DNA of 64,000 nt from Salpingoeca rosetta (GCA_033442325.1 JAWQFM010000010.1:1065727-1129726), one strand, 5' to 3'. Shown: positions 1-37,782, numbered from the stretch's first letter. Notes: generated by a model not told the origin, from the sequence alone. Numbers and translations: made by a program.

Positions 1-2295
<2,295 letters not shown>

Positions 2296-3154
2296 CGTCG
2301 TTGTCGTCGTCGTTGTTGCGCACTTTGTTGCGCACGCTGTCCGTGTGTTGCTGTCCGCAAATCTGCTCCTGCGAACTGCTGCCTGCTATCTAGCTGCTAT
2401 GTGACTGCTGTGTGACTGCTGCCGTCAAGCTGCCCGACTGCTGCTGTCTGTCTGTTTGGCTGCTGTCTGGTTGTTGGTGATTGGTGGGAGGTATGTCCGT
2501 TTCCGCGTGAATGATGCTGGGACACGTGGTGGGTGCTGCCTGGCGATTGCTGTAGCAGCGAGATTGGAACCACCCACGCGACCAAGTCGACGTGAGCAAG
2601 TTGAGCGAGGCAGACGGGACACCCAGGTGCTGGCGAAAAAGGCATAAAGATATACACCAATCGTCGCTGTGTGTGCTTTGCTTTGCTTTGCTTTTTGCTG
2701 TGCTGTGCTTTGCTTGGCTCAGCGGTTTTGGTTTGCCACAAGTGTGGTGGTTTGGCTTGTGCACTGGTTGGTTCGGCTAAAGTGGAAGGCGGATAACAGC
2801 GAGAGAGAGAGAGAGAGACGGAGAGAGAGAGACGGAGAGACGGAGAGACGGAAGGGGGGGGGCAAACGCAATGCAAGGAGAAGGCGTGGAAGGAAAAGGG
2901 GCTACGTTGAACACGACCACAACTGGTGGCACAACTCACACACCGCACCAATCAGTCGCATCATGTCACACAACAACAGCAACAACACACCGCAAGAGCT
3001 CGAGCTCATTGCTTGTTTGAAAGAAAATGGGAGCAGAGGAAGAGAGGAAGAAGAAATGAGACGGAAACGGGGGCGCAAAGCCATGCGTGGCGTGGCGTGG
3101 CGTGGCGTGGCGTGGCTGCGGCGAAGAGGGAGGGGGAGAGGGGATGCAAGCGGC

Positions 3155-4472
3155 TCAGTTCTTGACGTCGATGGTCTTGCTGAGGGTGGTGCAGCTCTCG
3201 CAGCAGTAGTGGGGCACGGCGCAGTAGCCAACAGTCACCGTGTACGTGCCTGGGGCTTGGTCTGCAGCATGTGTATGTGCGTGTGCGTGTATGTATGTGT
3301 GTGTGCGTGTATGTATGTGTGTGTGCGTGTATGTGTGTGTGTGTGTGTGTGTACGTGTGTTTGGGTGGCGGAAAGGGTGGAAAGGGTAGAAAGGGAGGAA
3401 GGTGGGAACCGTGGGAAGCGTGGATGGACGGAAGAGCCAGATGTGAGCATTCGACATGGGTGAGGGTGAGACGGCGCATGGGACAGTGGCAAAAGGAGGA
3501 AGTAAGTAAGCCCAGCACCAAGCAAAAGTGTGCAAGATCGTGAACAGTGCACAACCAAGGGACGAGGACACAGGGCAAGTGCTGAAGACATGCGACATGT
3601 ATCAAGTTGAAGCTGTGCAGACACACACACGACACACACGATACACATACAACATACACACGACACACGACACACGACACACACGACACACATACAACAT
3701 ACACACGACACACGACACACGACACACACACACCACACGCACAAAATGCAGCATAAGACAAGTGAGCAGGACGTACAAGTGTGCTGGGCCTGCTCGGGAG
3801 AGATGTGGGAGATGTTCTTCATGGAGCGGACGCCATCGCCCCAGGACACCTGCCACTCGTAGCCGGTGTACGTGACGGAGCAGTTGCCGTAGTCGGCGAT
3901 AATCTCGACGGTGGCGCGCAGGCCGGGCACAGCCTCAATCACGGTGTGGTTGTCTGTCGTGTCATTTGCATTTTCGGAAGAGGAACAGTGGGGTTGGGGT
4001 GCGTGGGTGTTGGTGTGCATGAGAGTGAGCGTATGAGAGTGAGGATGTAGACAGACACACGGACACACGGACACGGACAGACACTGGGAGGCATACGAGC
4101 AGTGCGGACAAAATCACTCAACGCAGCCATCCATCAACAACAGGCAACGCAAGAACAACCTCTTTGTTTGCCCTCTTTCCCTTCCCTTCCCCCCCCCTCA
4201 AATGCACACACGCAGCGTGCATCTGTCCATAACCCAAAACCATGCACACCCTTACAACACAAACAACACAAAACACACAAACACACACACCATCATCTCA
4301 ACCCAAACAAAACACCACCAAAACACCACCAAACAAACAATAGTCAGTCAAGCCAACACGCACCAATCTGAGGGGTGCATGGGTTGCATGGAGGAAGGCA
4401 GTAGCCGTTCTGGGAGAGAACCACGCCAGCAAGCACTGCCATGATGGCAGCACCAAGGAAGCCCTTGTTCAT
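3155..4472 (-). CDS. Small secreted single-PKD-domain, Cys-rich protein (130 aa, 3 exons)
   Basis: Exons 4472-4364, 3953-3777 and 3261-3155 are joined by phase-1 GT-AG introns (393 nt total). Product: MNKGFLGAAIMAVLAGVVLSQ (signal-peptide-like) NGYCLPPCNPCTPQIDNHTVIEAVPGLRATVEIIADYGNCSVTYTGYEWQVSWGDG...QHTYQAPGTYTVTVGYCAVPHYCCESCTTLSKTIDVKN*. It carries the PKD signatures WGDG and HTY..PGTYTVTV. Confidence 0.8.
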
Positions 4473-4958
4473 CTCTGCGGTGGTTTGAAAGTTGGAGGAG
4501 ACTCGACGACAACACGCGACGCGGTGCGATGTGACAGTGGTGTGTGGCTGGGTGTTGGGTGGGAAAATGCGCACAACACTCACGTCAAGGTGTCCACCAC
4601 TGCCGCTGTTCCGCTTGGTTTGTGTGGCAGGAAACTTGACCGGTATCTTTCGTTATATTTCGCCACTCACAAAAAACAGCCGACACAAAGCAAGAAGAGA
4701 GCGAGAGTGAGAGGAAACGGAACGACAAAGCGACAAGCAAGCAAGCCAGCAAGAGCGAGCAAGCGAACACGCAAGAGGAGGAAGACAGGCGCGGGTTGGT
4801 GAAGGCAGAGCAGACTGACCTGATCGACAAGAGCAGGACCCAGACACACACGCATACATAAAAGGGCTTTCTTTTGTGTACACGAACAGGCAACGCAGTA
4901 CGCACGCACACGGTTTCTCCTTCGCTTCCATCGACACACAACACCAACACCAACAACC

Positions 4959-5022
4959 ATGGTGAGATGACAACCCCACGCATGGCTTTGCTTTGTTTCC
5001 CATGCCTGGTTGTTCTGTAATG

Positions 5023-5066
<44 letters not shown>

Positions 5067-7667
5067 CACACACACACACAAACACACACAAACAAACACA
5101 CACACACTTGCTGTCACACACCACACACAAACACACTTGCTCACTCGCTTGTTCACAATTTGCGCAGTTCCGCAACCAATACGACAACGATGTTGTCACC
5201 TGGAGTCCACAGGTTCGATGCCCTCCGCGTGCCAACTACCCTGTTGCCATTCTTGCATGCATCCTGAGAGCCCGTGTTTGTTTGCATGCCTTTGTGCGCC
5301 TGCACTCGTTTGCATGTGTGTCGTTAACCATTGCGATTGTACACGGCATGCGTGATCGTTTTCACGTTGCAGGGTCGCATCTACCAGATTGAGTACGCCA
5401 TGGAGGCTGTGAAGCAGGTGTGTGCGCCGTCACTCGGGCGGCGTGCATCTTGTCTGAATGAGTACAGTTCGCTTGCCTTGTTTGTTCTCACTCGCTCACA
5501 CAAACTGCTAATACGAACACGAACGTACACCCATTCACACACTCTCCCTCTGACCCGCTAACATACACATACACAACTCACACACACACACACCCGCTCT
5601 TTCCTTTCGTCTTTGTCACGTTGCCCCTTGTTTACCAACAGGGATCTGCAACAGTCGGTGTCAAGAACAAAACACATGCCGTGCTTGTCGCTGTCAAGGT
5701 ACACAAACACGCGGCCCACGGCCCATGGCTGATGCCTTTTTCTCCCTCTGCTCAAGAAGCACACCCGCGTCCCACTCCCACTGCACTGCAAACATTCATG
5801 CGATCACGGATGCGACTCACCTTCAACCCCGTTCATTCCCCCTCCCGCTTTCTCAACTGCAGCGTAAGCCTTCGGAGCTTTCATCACATCGCCGCAAGGT
5901 GTTTGACATTGACACGCACGTGTGCATGTCCATCTCTGGCCTGACATCCGACGCCCGCTCTCTCGCGTAAGTGTGCATGCTTGCATGTGTGTATGTGTGT
6001 GTGCATGCTTGCATGTGTGTACGTAGATGTATGCATGCTCGAATGCACACTTGATGTTTTCCTGCCTGATTCCTTTGCATACACGCTCCCACGCACACCC
6101 ACACACCCACACACACTCACTTCTCACACACTCACACACACACACTCGCACTCACTCACTCCCACTCACACACTTCTCACACACTCACACACACACACAC
6201 TCACTTCTCACCCAACAACAACAACAACAACAACAACAACTGCCGCGCATGGATATGTGCAGGCGGTTCCTGCGTTCCGAGTGCACGAGCTCCAAGTGGG
6301 CCTTTGACGAGCCCCTCCCCGTCGGCAGACTTGTCAGCGCCCTCGGCGAAAGTGCGTTGTCCCATTCCAGGCCACACACTTGTGCACCCACATCAGCCCA
6401 TGATTTGTCCTTGTGTGCGCTGTTACTGCTGCCCCAACTGATGCTGGCGTTCGTCGCCCGTGTGATCTTGGCCTCCCTAAGCGATCTTGGCCCACGCCTT
6501 GCATTGCGGCTCAGTGTACTCACAATTACGCGTGCGCATGTGCGTGTGTGTATGTGTAAATGCTCGTGTGTGCAGAGCTGCAGCGGTGCACGCAGTTCTG
6601 GAGCCGCCGCCCCTTTGGCGTTGGACTTCTCCTGGCCGGCTATGATGTGAGTCCAACACACACACACACACACACACCTCAACTTTATTGCTGCTCATCA
6701 ATCAACATGTACTCACCCACATCCACATCCACATGCATCCATATCCACTTACACACACACACACACACATACCCATGTGCTTCACGTGACTTGTATCTAT
6801 CTGTACACTCACCTCGTGTCGACCCGTGTGCTTGCGACCTGCACATGCTCCCCCCCCCCCAAAAAAAAAAAAAAAAACAAACAATTGTGACCGCTTGCGC
6901 AGGCATCTGGCCCGCACATTTACGAGGTGCAGCCGTCGGCCAACTACTTTGACTGCAAGAGCATGGCCATTGGTGCCCGTTCCCAGTCTGCCCGCACATA
7001 CCTGGAGCGCCAGATGACCGCCATCGCAGACTCGGGTGAGACCATGGTGTGTGTGTGTGTGTGTGTGTGTGTTTGCAGTCTGTCCCAGCGCACATGCACG
7101 GCGTCTTCATCTATAATGTTTCGCTCGGTTTGCTCCACCATCCCCCAAGCTGACACACATGCACACAACAACACATGCAACTCATGCACGCACACACGCA
7201 CACAAAAACACGTGCATGCACACACGCGCACACACACACGTGCACACACACACACACACACTGTCTCTCACGCTAGACCGCGCTGGGCTGATCCGGCACG
7301 CGCTGCTTGCGTTGCGGGAGTGCCTGCCAAGCGAGGCTGAACTGACCAGCGAGAACGTGACGGTTGCCATTGTAGGCAAGGACGAGCCGTGCAACATCCT
7401 CCGCGATGAGGCCGTCCAGCCGTACCTCGACACCCTTGAGAACGTGCGCGCCCTCTCGCTCGCATGTGCCATGTGCTGTGTGTCTGCATGTGTGCCGTGC
7501 TTTGTGTGTTTGTGTGTGTGCGTGTGTGTTGTATCATCCGCTTCTTTCGTGCTGCCTCACTCTTTGTGCCTCTACTCCCCCCCCCCCACCAACACCCACA
7601 CACACACACACTCACACACTCTCTCTCTATCACGCCTATTGCTTAGGACATGGACACGGACGCATGA
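4959..7667 (+). CDS. PSMA1: 20S proteasome subunit alpha type-1 (alpha6)
   Basis: ATG-only first coding exon (4959-4961), then [15 protein letters not shown] / [15 protein letters not shown] / [19 protein letters not shown] / ...[12 protein letters not shown] / RFLRSEC... / [14 protein letters not shown] / ...[15 protein letters not shown] / ...[10 protein letters not shown] / DMDTDA*. The introns traced are GT-AG. Confidence 0.95.
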
Positions 7668-8166
7668 ACGGGGCCACGAATCTGGCCAGCGCCCCTGTTG
7701 CTTGCCGCTGCAATGCATCCCTCATGCAGCAAGCCGCCTGATCTTTCACGTTTGTTTGCGTGGTTTTGTCCACTCATGTTTGTGCTCCTCTCTTGTTGTT
7801 CTCCTGTTGTCCTTGGTGTGTTTGGTGTGCGTTGTTCCTTTGCCTTGGGCACGTCCACGTTCCACAGCGCAGTACATGCCCGGCACATGCAGACACACTG
7901 ACAGAGACACTCAAGAAGTCGAACCAACCCAACACAGCACAACACACACACACACACACACACACAGTGCCAACACACTATCCACCGCAAGTGTAAATTG
8001 TGTGCGAAACATACACAATGCGCACTTCTCTTGTCACTGTCGAACAAGACAAAAGAGAACGCTGGGTGCTGCATCCACTCGAACACGACTCAAGCAGCGG
8101 CTGTTTGACGCGCGAACGCACGCTCACGCTCAGGCTCAGGCTCAGGCTCACACACACTCTCTCTAA

Positions 8167-8241
<75 letters not shown>

Positions 8242-8244
8242 GAG

Positions 8245-8810
8245 ATGGGGCGCAAGAAGAAAAAGGTGACCAAGAAGCCCGAGTACTGGTGCTACTACTG
8301 CGAGCGGGAGTTTGACGAGGAGACAGTGCTCATCCAGCACCAGAAGGCCAAGCACTTCAAATGCCACATCTGCAACAAGCGCTTGTACACGGCGCCTGGG
8401 ATGGTCATCCACTGTCACCAGGTGCACAAGGTAGACGTGAAGGAGGTGCCCAACGCTCTGCCAGGGCGCGAGGACCCGGGCATTGAAATCTTTGGCATGG
8501 CCGGTATCCCCGAGGACCTGCTGGACGACAGTGAGTTGTGTATTTGGGAGAGCTATGTGTGTCTGTGTGTGTGTGTGTGTGTGTCTGTGTCTGTGTCTGT
8601 GTCTGTGTGTGTGTGTGTGTGTGTCTGTGTGTGTGTGCAGCTGTGTGCTTGTGTGTTTATGCATCTATATATCTGTCCATCTCTGTGTCTGCGTATCTGT
8701 CTGTCTGTGCGTCTCTTGCATCCCTGCGTGAATGCTTCTTGCACGGCTCGTCGTTGTACTCTGCTTCTCCCTTGTTCTCATCAAACCTATGCAACCCTGC
8801 CCCCCCCCAA

Positions 8811-8899
<89 letters not shown>

Positions 8900-10249
8900 C
8901 ACTTCTTCACAGACACGGCAAAGAAGAGCAAGGTGGAGCCTGAGCCTGCAGCGCCTGCTGTACCACCGCCAGGCGGCCCAGCCCCACCGCCAGGGCCTTA
9001 TGGAGCACCAGCACCCGGATACCCAGCGCCACCTCCCGGCCCTTACGGCCCTTATGGCGGCTACCCAGGCGGCCCCCCGCCACCGCCGGGTGGGCCGCCG
9101 GGCTTCCCACCTCCACCCCCGCACCACTTTGGAGGACCCCCACCCCCTCCTTACGGGCACCCCCACCACGGGCCACCGCCACCCGGAATGCCGCCATATG
9201 GGGGTCCCCCACGCCCTCCACCGCCAGGCATGCCGCCACGACCACCACCGCCGGGTGTGCCGCCTTCCGGCCCGCCAGGTGGCCCGCCTTTCCCGCCACC
9301 ACCGCCACCACCACAAGGGCCGCGCGGTCCGCCCCCAGGTCTTCCCCCACACGCGTACGCTCAGCAACAACAGTACCAGCATCAACCACACCAACCCGCG
9401 CCGTCGTCGGCAACGTCCGCGGCCTACCAGCAGCCACGGCCACAGCAGCCACCTGTTCCTCCTCCACCAGCTTCATCGGCGCTGGCGCCGCCAACAGCAC
9501 CCATGACAAGCAACGCAAGTGCCGGGGCGAGCAACCCAGAAAAGCCGCCACTGTTGCCCGCGCCACCACCAGCGTCTGCGCCCACCACAACACCAAGCAC
9601 AAGTGCGCCCCCTCCTCCGCCTGTGCCTCCTCCACCGGCGCAGGCAGCAACTGCGCAACCAGCCAACGGCAGTACACAACCCGAACAACAGCAGCAACAG
9701 CAGCAGCCACCAGCACCACCGCCCGGCGTTCCTGCTGTTCCTGGCGTACCACCGCCTGGTGTTCCAGGAGTTCCAGGAGTTCCTCCCCCAGGCGTGCCAG
9801 CACCAACTAAGGTTCGGGCGTGTGTTTGTGTGTGTGTGTGTGTCTGTGTCTGTGTGTGTGTGTCTGTGCCTGTGCCTGTGTCTGTGTCTGTGTCTGTGCC
9901 TGTGTCTGTGCGTGTAAGATTGTCTGTGTCCTTGTTTTTGTTTGTGTCTGTCTGTCCCATTTTAACTGCGACATGGGGTCACTCTGCTACGCGCAACGCT
10001 GGCATGCACCTGCCTTCTACCCTCTTCCTTCACAACAGACCTCTGGCCCACCAGGCACCGGGCCGTACCTCGTGCACCCAGACCCCAGCTTATCCCTGGT
10101 AAGCTAGCTGCCCACAACGAGGTCTTCTCAATGCTTGTGTTCGCAACGCACTGTCTTGCACTGTCTCACTCGACACAAAACACATGCACTGCGTGCAGGA
10201 GGAGTACAGGGCTTCACTGACACGATACAAACAGGCCGATGCAGCATGA
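8245..10249 (+). CDS. ZNF207: BUB3-interacting zinc-finger protein (ZNF207/BuGZ-like)
   Basis: MGRKKKK...[48 protein letters not shown]...[10 protein letters not shown], then a Pro-rich exon (8913-~9811) and a GLEBS-like end [20 protein letters not shown] (10199-10249). Confidence 0.92.
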
Positions 10250-10524
10250 ACATTCCAGGATCGACCATCTCATGTCACACAAAAACACACGCTCCCCGCA
10301 CTCTGCTCATGGCTGTATGTGCTGCTCTCTGTGTCCCTTCGTGTCTGTTGTGTCTCCATCTCCCGCTTTTGCTGTTGCTATAAACGCGTAAATGCAAACT
10401 AAGGCGTGCCACATCGCAACTTCATTGCCGTGCCATGTCTGTATGTAGGAAGTGCGCCATTTACTGCGAGAGTCACACCACCACAATGGGGAAGAACAAC
10501 ATGAACACATGCACGGAGTGACGC

Positions 10525-11816
10525 TTAGACGCGGGAGGGGTACAGCATCTGCATAAGCAAACAGAGCAACACAAAAATCAAGCCAGACAGCGACAGCAGC
10601 ATGGGTTAGTGATGGCTGACGCAAGCAATATTAATCAACGCGAGATGGACCACACGAGTCAACACTGAACAATTTACACTAACATACAAAAATACAACAC
10701 AACACGACAGCCCTTCCTCGCTTGATCTCATGTCATTGTCGTACGCGCTCGCCAATCACGTTGGTACCAACACCCATTTTCTCACACCAATTCAACAACA
10801 ATGCACACAAGGGGAAGGCAACAACAACCACAACCATACACTCTCGCGTTCCCGTTCCGTTCACCTCTCATCCGGTTGTCCACTTAAAAAAGAGTACAGA
10901 CAAATTAGCACACACATCACATGACAAACGTACCACGCGAACGCGAGCGCCCATGGCCTTGGGGGGAAGGGGGTTGCGGAATCGCGCGCGGACGACACCA
11001 GAGTTACCGTGGGGCCTTGTGACCTTACCCCAGATGACGCGGGTCTACCGGTCGTGATGCGGGATGATGGTGTTGGGTGAGCATGACAAGAGCACCATCA
11101 ATGTGTGCGTGTTGCGTGAAGTTGACATGAGTGAGGAGAACCATGAGAACCATGAGAACACAGCACAGATGACACGAACAACCTGCAACACACACACACA
11201 CCATGTTGCAATTCACACAACACCGCAACATCAGAACCACTCAGTCACGAAAGAAAGCAGGCACGCGTGTGTCAAATCAAATCATCAAAGGAAGCAGTCG
11301 CACACACCTTTGAGTCGTTGATCTTGCGGGCGGCCTTGTACACGTACGCAACACGCTTGCCGAGGTAGAACTGCGCAAACACATCAAAAGAGCGACCGAT
11401 GAGCGAACACGCCATGGAAGGGGTAACAAAACAACATGCCGTGCGTGTGCGTATGTGAACCCTCGCATGAATGACACTGCATGCCTTGACAGATCCACGC
11501 GCACTCACGCACGTCGGGCCTCTCTTCCACCACACACACACACACAACACACACTCTCTTGCGCGACGAGACGTTGAGAGACCACAGTAACAACACGTGG
11601 CCAACAGGTGGGCCCGCCCGTCGTCCCCACGCAACCACTCTGCGCACCCTCACAAGCACGAAAGTCCTCAAGCACAAAGAATAAGAGACGCACGTCTGTG
11701 TCAGCCTTGGAGTCAACACCCTCGATCCTGATGAGGGAGGTGTTGGTCTGCTGGTTGTGCTTGCCACGGCGGTAGCCGAGGAAGACGGCCTTGGAGTACA
11801 GACGGGTCTTGGTCAT
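10525..11816 (-). CDS. RPL35A: 60S ribosomal protein L35a (eL33), 106 aa, 4 coding exons
   Basis: Exons 11816-11694, 11370-11308, 11044-10934 and 10548-10525: [22 protein letters not shown]...[13 protein letters not shown]...[44 protein letters not shown]. Confidence 0.97.
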
Positions 11817-12414
11817 CCTGAAGGATTAGCCAAAGCAACGAGGCAAGGTGGTTGTTGTTGGCGCCTGCACAACAAAAGAGAGAGAGAGAATCAAAAAGAA
11901 AGAACACAGGCAAGAGAAGGGGAGAAAAGCGAGCTGGAAGTCAGAGATGGGCGACAACCTATGCATGAAACAAAAGAACACACGTGCACAAAGTGGTGTG
12001 ACAACTGCTGCTGCTGCTGCGGCCGCTGCTTTATCTTTCGTCAGTGCATGCACAGCATGCGCGTGTGCGTATTGTTGAGTGTTGGTGTGCGCTGCGGTTG
12101 TTCTTGCTTGTTGTTGGTTCACGTGCCATTCGCGAGTACACTCCGAACCACGCCGCACACTGCACGCTTGCTGTAGCTTCCGCTGTTTCTGTGTTGGGAG
12201 GCGAGCACGCGCGCGGATACACCACAGCAACGACTGCTGCTGCGGTTGCAGTTGGCGGCACCACACCTCTACACGTCACACACATACACACACAACCATG
12301 GCCGATGTCGTCGATCATCACCACCGCATGCATGCAGCCATCGTCCAACCAAGCCACCCAGCAGCTCATATCAGCTCTCTCTCTCTCTCTTGCTCATCTC
12401 GTGCACACGCTCAC

Positions 12415-12433
12415 CTTGGGTGGGAGAAAAAGG
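12415..12433 (-). promoter_or_regulatory. Candidate 5'TOP-type non-coding first exon of RPL35A
   Basis: The minus strand reads CCTTTTTCTCCCACCCAAG|GTGAGC, a pyrimidine run followed by a strong donor at 12414. Acceptors are available at ~11864 and ~11817, just before the ATG. Confidence 0.45.
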
Positions 12434-12786
12434 CACGTTGGCTCAATTGCGGGTTTGCCTTCATTTGAGAAAGTCCAAATAGTTTTTCGTGGTGCAGGCT
12501 TGGTTTGTTTGCCGCACATGAACATCGGCGGAAGTTATCAACAAACTATCCACGAAACCTTCCTCACAGTCAAAGGCAAACTTGCCTTTTAAAGTCACCA
12601 ATGCTGACTTTTCTGTTGGCCAAGAAAACTGCTGTCAGCAATCAGCCTGCTGCTTGCAGGGCTTGCCGCAAAACCTCGCAGTGCGCACTCGACATACGAT
12701 CGTTGGTGTGATCTCCACGTTCCAGTTGTTGGCAAGCAAGCAACAAGGCAAAACAAAACAGCACGAAGCAACCAAGCGACTTTGAG

Positions 12787-12788
<2 letters not shown>

Positions 12789-12867
<79 letters not shown>
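12789..12867. repeat. (TG)n microsatellite in the RPL35A-STAT intergenic region
   Basis: Long perfect TG run. A complementary (CA)n run lies at ~13071-13135. Confidence 0.9.
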
Positions 12868-12868
<1 letters not shown>

Positions 12869-13068
12869 TTTGATGTTGTGACGGGAGCGCTGTCAGCCAT
12901 CTTCAAATTGAGCCGCATCAACTGCTGCTGACGGCTACACGCACCTCTTCAAATCAATGTTCCGCTTTTTGCATTGCGTCTTGCTTGCTTCCTTCCTTAC
13001 TGGTGAGCCTGCTGGAAAACCGCTTCCTTATTTCCTCCGTTGTGGGCACCCTGTCACACCCACATGCG

Positions 13069-13133
<65 letters not shown>

Positions 13134-13236
13134 ATAAACGTTCCCGCATTCACAACCATTCACACAAGTCCAACATCACTCGCTTGGTTTGCTGCTGCAC
13201 ATCACTTAAGGTGCCACACCAAGCCAGCAAACCCAT

Positions 13237-13372
13237 TTCGTGGAATCAAAGCTGGGCAGGTAGGCGAGCGCATGTGTGCATGCGCGTTCATTCACATGTG
13301 TGTGCATTATTTTGTGTGCGTGCGCCGTCCCTGCCAAACACGGCCGCCATCATTGCCGTTGTTTTCCCCGAA
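13237..13372. promoter_or_regulatory. Two GAS-type palindromes (TTC-N3-GAA) upstream of the STAT gene
   Basis: TTCGTGGAA at 13237-13245 and TTCCCCGAA at 13364-13372, about 230 and 100 bp before the STAT ATG. Confidence 0.4.
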
Positions 13373-13469
13373 CGCCGGCCCCTTCCTCAACCTTCCCTCA
13401 CAAGCAAGCGATTGCTTTGTTGGCCTGTGTAGATTAGTGGAAGTAAGGAGAGATAACAGAGATTAGGAG

Positions 13470-20212
<6,743 letters not shown>

Positions 20213-20980
20213 TTGCTGACATGTTGGATGAGGTTTGCTCGTCGGTGCTGACCAGGTGCCATGGGGGTGTGAGTGCTTTCGTAGCTAATGTTTCACTTGG
20301 GTTCGTGTTCTTCGCTCTGCTGTTTCCCCCTTCTCTCTGTTCCCCTCATCTTTCTCTCCCAAGTTTCCTACCATTGCCACTCATCTCGTGCATGTAGCTT
20401 GTTCCCCTCGCCCCATCTTCGCCCTTTCTTGCATGTGATTCTGGCATCATCGGTGTCTTGCCCTCTGCTGACAAACGTGCGTTTGGGCTAATATCGCACA
20501 GATCGAATGGTGTGTACATGTATGTGCTCACGTGTCCGTGACGTTTTACTATTGTTTAGTCGTGACGAATTGACTCTCATGTTGACGTTGATAGCTGTGC
20601 CCAAAACGCAACGCCAAAAGACGAACACGACAAAGTACACGCTCGCACTGACTAAGACTCAGACTCAACAATCAATCAAACTCAATGCGGAACAGCGAGC
20701 AGCGCTTTTCAACAACACAGCCAGCAAACAGGCAATGATTCAGATTCACCCAACAACTCAACTCGTCCATCAGTCATCAAGAAGCAAGCACAATTGTGTC
20801 ATCCCGCTTCCTCTCTGCACACACACACACTGCCGTCATTGTCGCGTTCTGTGCGTCTTACCACTCCTCACTTACGCTCTCAATCAAAGTTGTCTTGTCT
20901 TCTCTCGCCTTCCCACCTATTTCGTCTTCTCTCGCGTAACAACACCAGCAAAAAAGGCACCACTAGGCCGAAATGCGTGC

Positions 20981-33156
<12,176 letters not shown>

Positions 33157-34189
33157 CGCGCTTGATGGGACAGGCCGCTTCCTTGTTTGCTTTGTTTGCT
33201 TTGTTTGCTTGGGCGTGGGTGCTGTTGCGTGTGTCCGTCTGTGTGGCTTGCGCTGGCGTGGTCGGGCGATGCGTCCACTGGCACAACGGCGAAAGGGGGA
33301 AGATGCGCCGGTCGTGCCTTTGCTTCGGCCCCGTGTGCTCCGGCGAGCACTGTTGCTGCTGCGTTGTGGGAGGAAGGCAAGCGCTCTTGCTCTCCTCGCT
33401 TGCTCGAACCTCGCTCACTCGCTCACAACACGCGCACAAGAAACGCTTGCGCCCACTGCAAGGCACGCACAACAACAAGAAAACAAGCAGAAGTGCATGC
33501 GGTGAATGCGCCAGCGCCTGCGAAAGCGAACCAGCAGCAACAACTTTTTTTCGCCGCGGATATGGGGACGTGTGTTTTTTTTTTTTTTGCTTGTTGTGCT
33601 GTTGTGGCGGTCGGTTGCAGAATACTTTTTTTTTCTTCCCTTTCTCGCGCTCGCGTGTTGTTGTCTATTGAGCGCTTGTGGCTTTGCTGTGCTCTTGTGT
33701 TGCTGTGGACTCTTCTTGAGTGGTGCACGGATGTGAGGCAGATCTGCAGGTGGTAGCTGCCACGCTGTGGGCCTGCTGGGCTGAGTGCACGTTACAATCA
33801 CATTCATACTTTCACAATGCTAATGCTTGACTGAGGTGGGTTCTTGTGCTCTTGTGCTGCAACACCCTTAGACCCTTGATGCGCTCCCTCCCTCCCTCAG
33901 GGACAGTTGGTTTCCTTCTCGGATGCACGGGTGCACGTGGCATTCATGATGTTGACTGAGGTGGGAACAACTAACCAACACCCGCAGTTTGGCGTTGTCG
34001 TCTTTCTTGTATTGGGAGAGATATGGTGAAGTAACATTTGCGAATTGAAATTGATTGAAGATCGATTAGAGAGAGAGAGAGAGAGAGATCCAACAAGAAG
34101 CACAAACTGCAGAGCTAGAGCACTCAACCATCTGATACACACACACACACACACGCGCGCGCGCGCACGCACACAAACACACACGCACA

Positions 34190-37782
<3,593 letters not shown>

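Noticed and set aside
2390-2964. Short minus-strand ORFs upstream of the PTB gene, considered as a separate gene
   Set aside because: No recognisable product; more likely 5'UTR exons and introns of the PTB gene.
4083-4135. Minus-strand frame DGCVE-TGA-FCPHC resembling a selenocysteine/CxxC motif
   Set aside because: It lies inside intron 1 of the PKD gene, has no good splice sites or SECIS, and the flanking exons already join in frame without it.
11231-11287. Possible C/D snoRNA (TGATGA...CTGA, minus strand) in an RPL35A intron
   Set aside because: Only ~57 nt, no terminal stem, a non-purine before box C, and no rRNA complementarity I could recognise.
12435-12780. AT-richer non-repetitive stretch between RPL35A and STAT, considered as a transposon remnant
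   Set aside because: No terminal repeats, target-site duplication or transposase/RT motifs; it is more simply promoter DNA.
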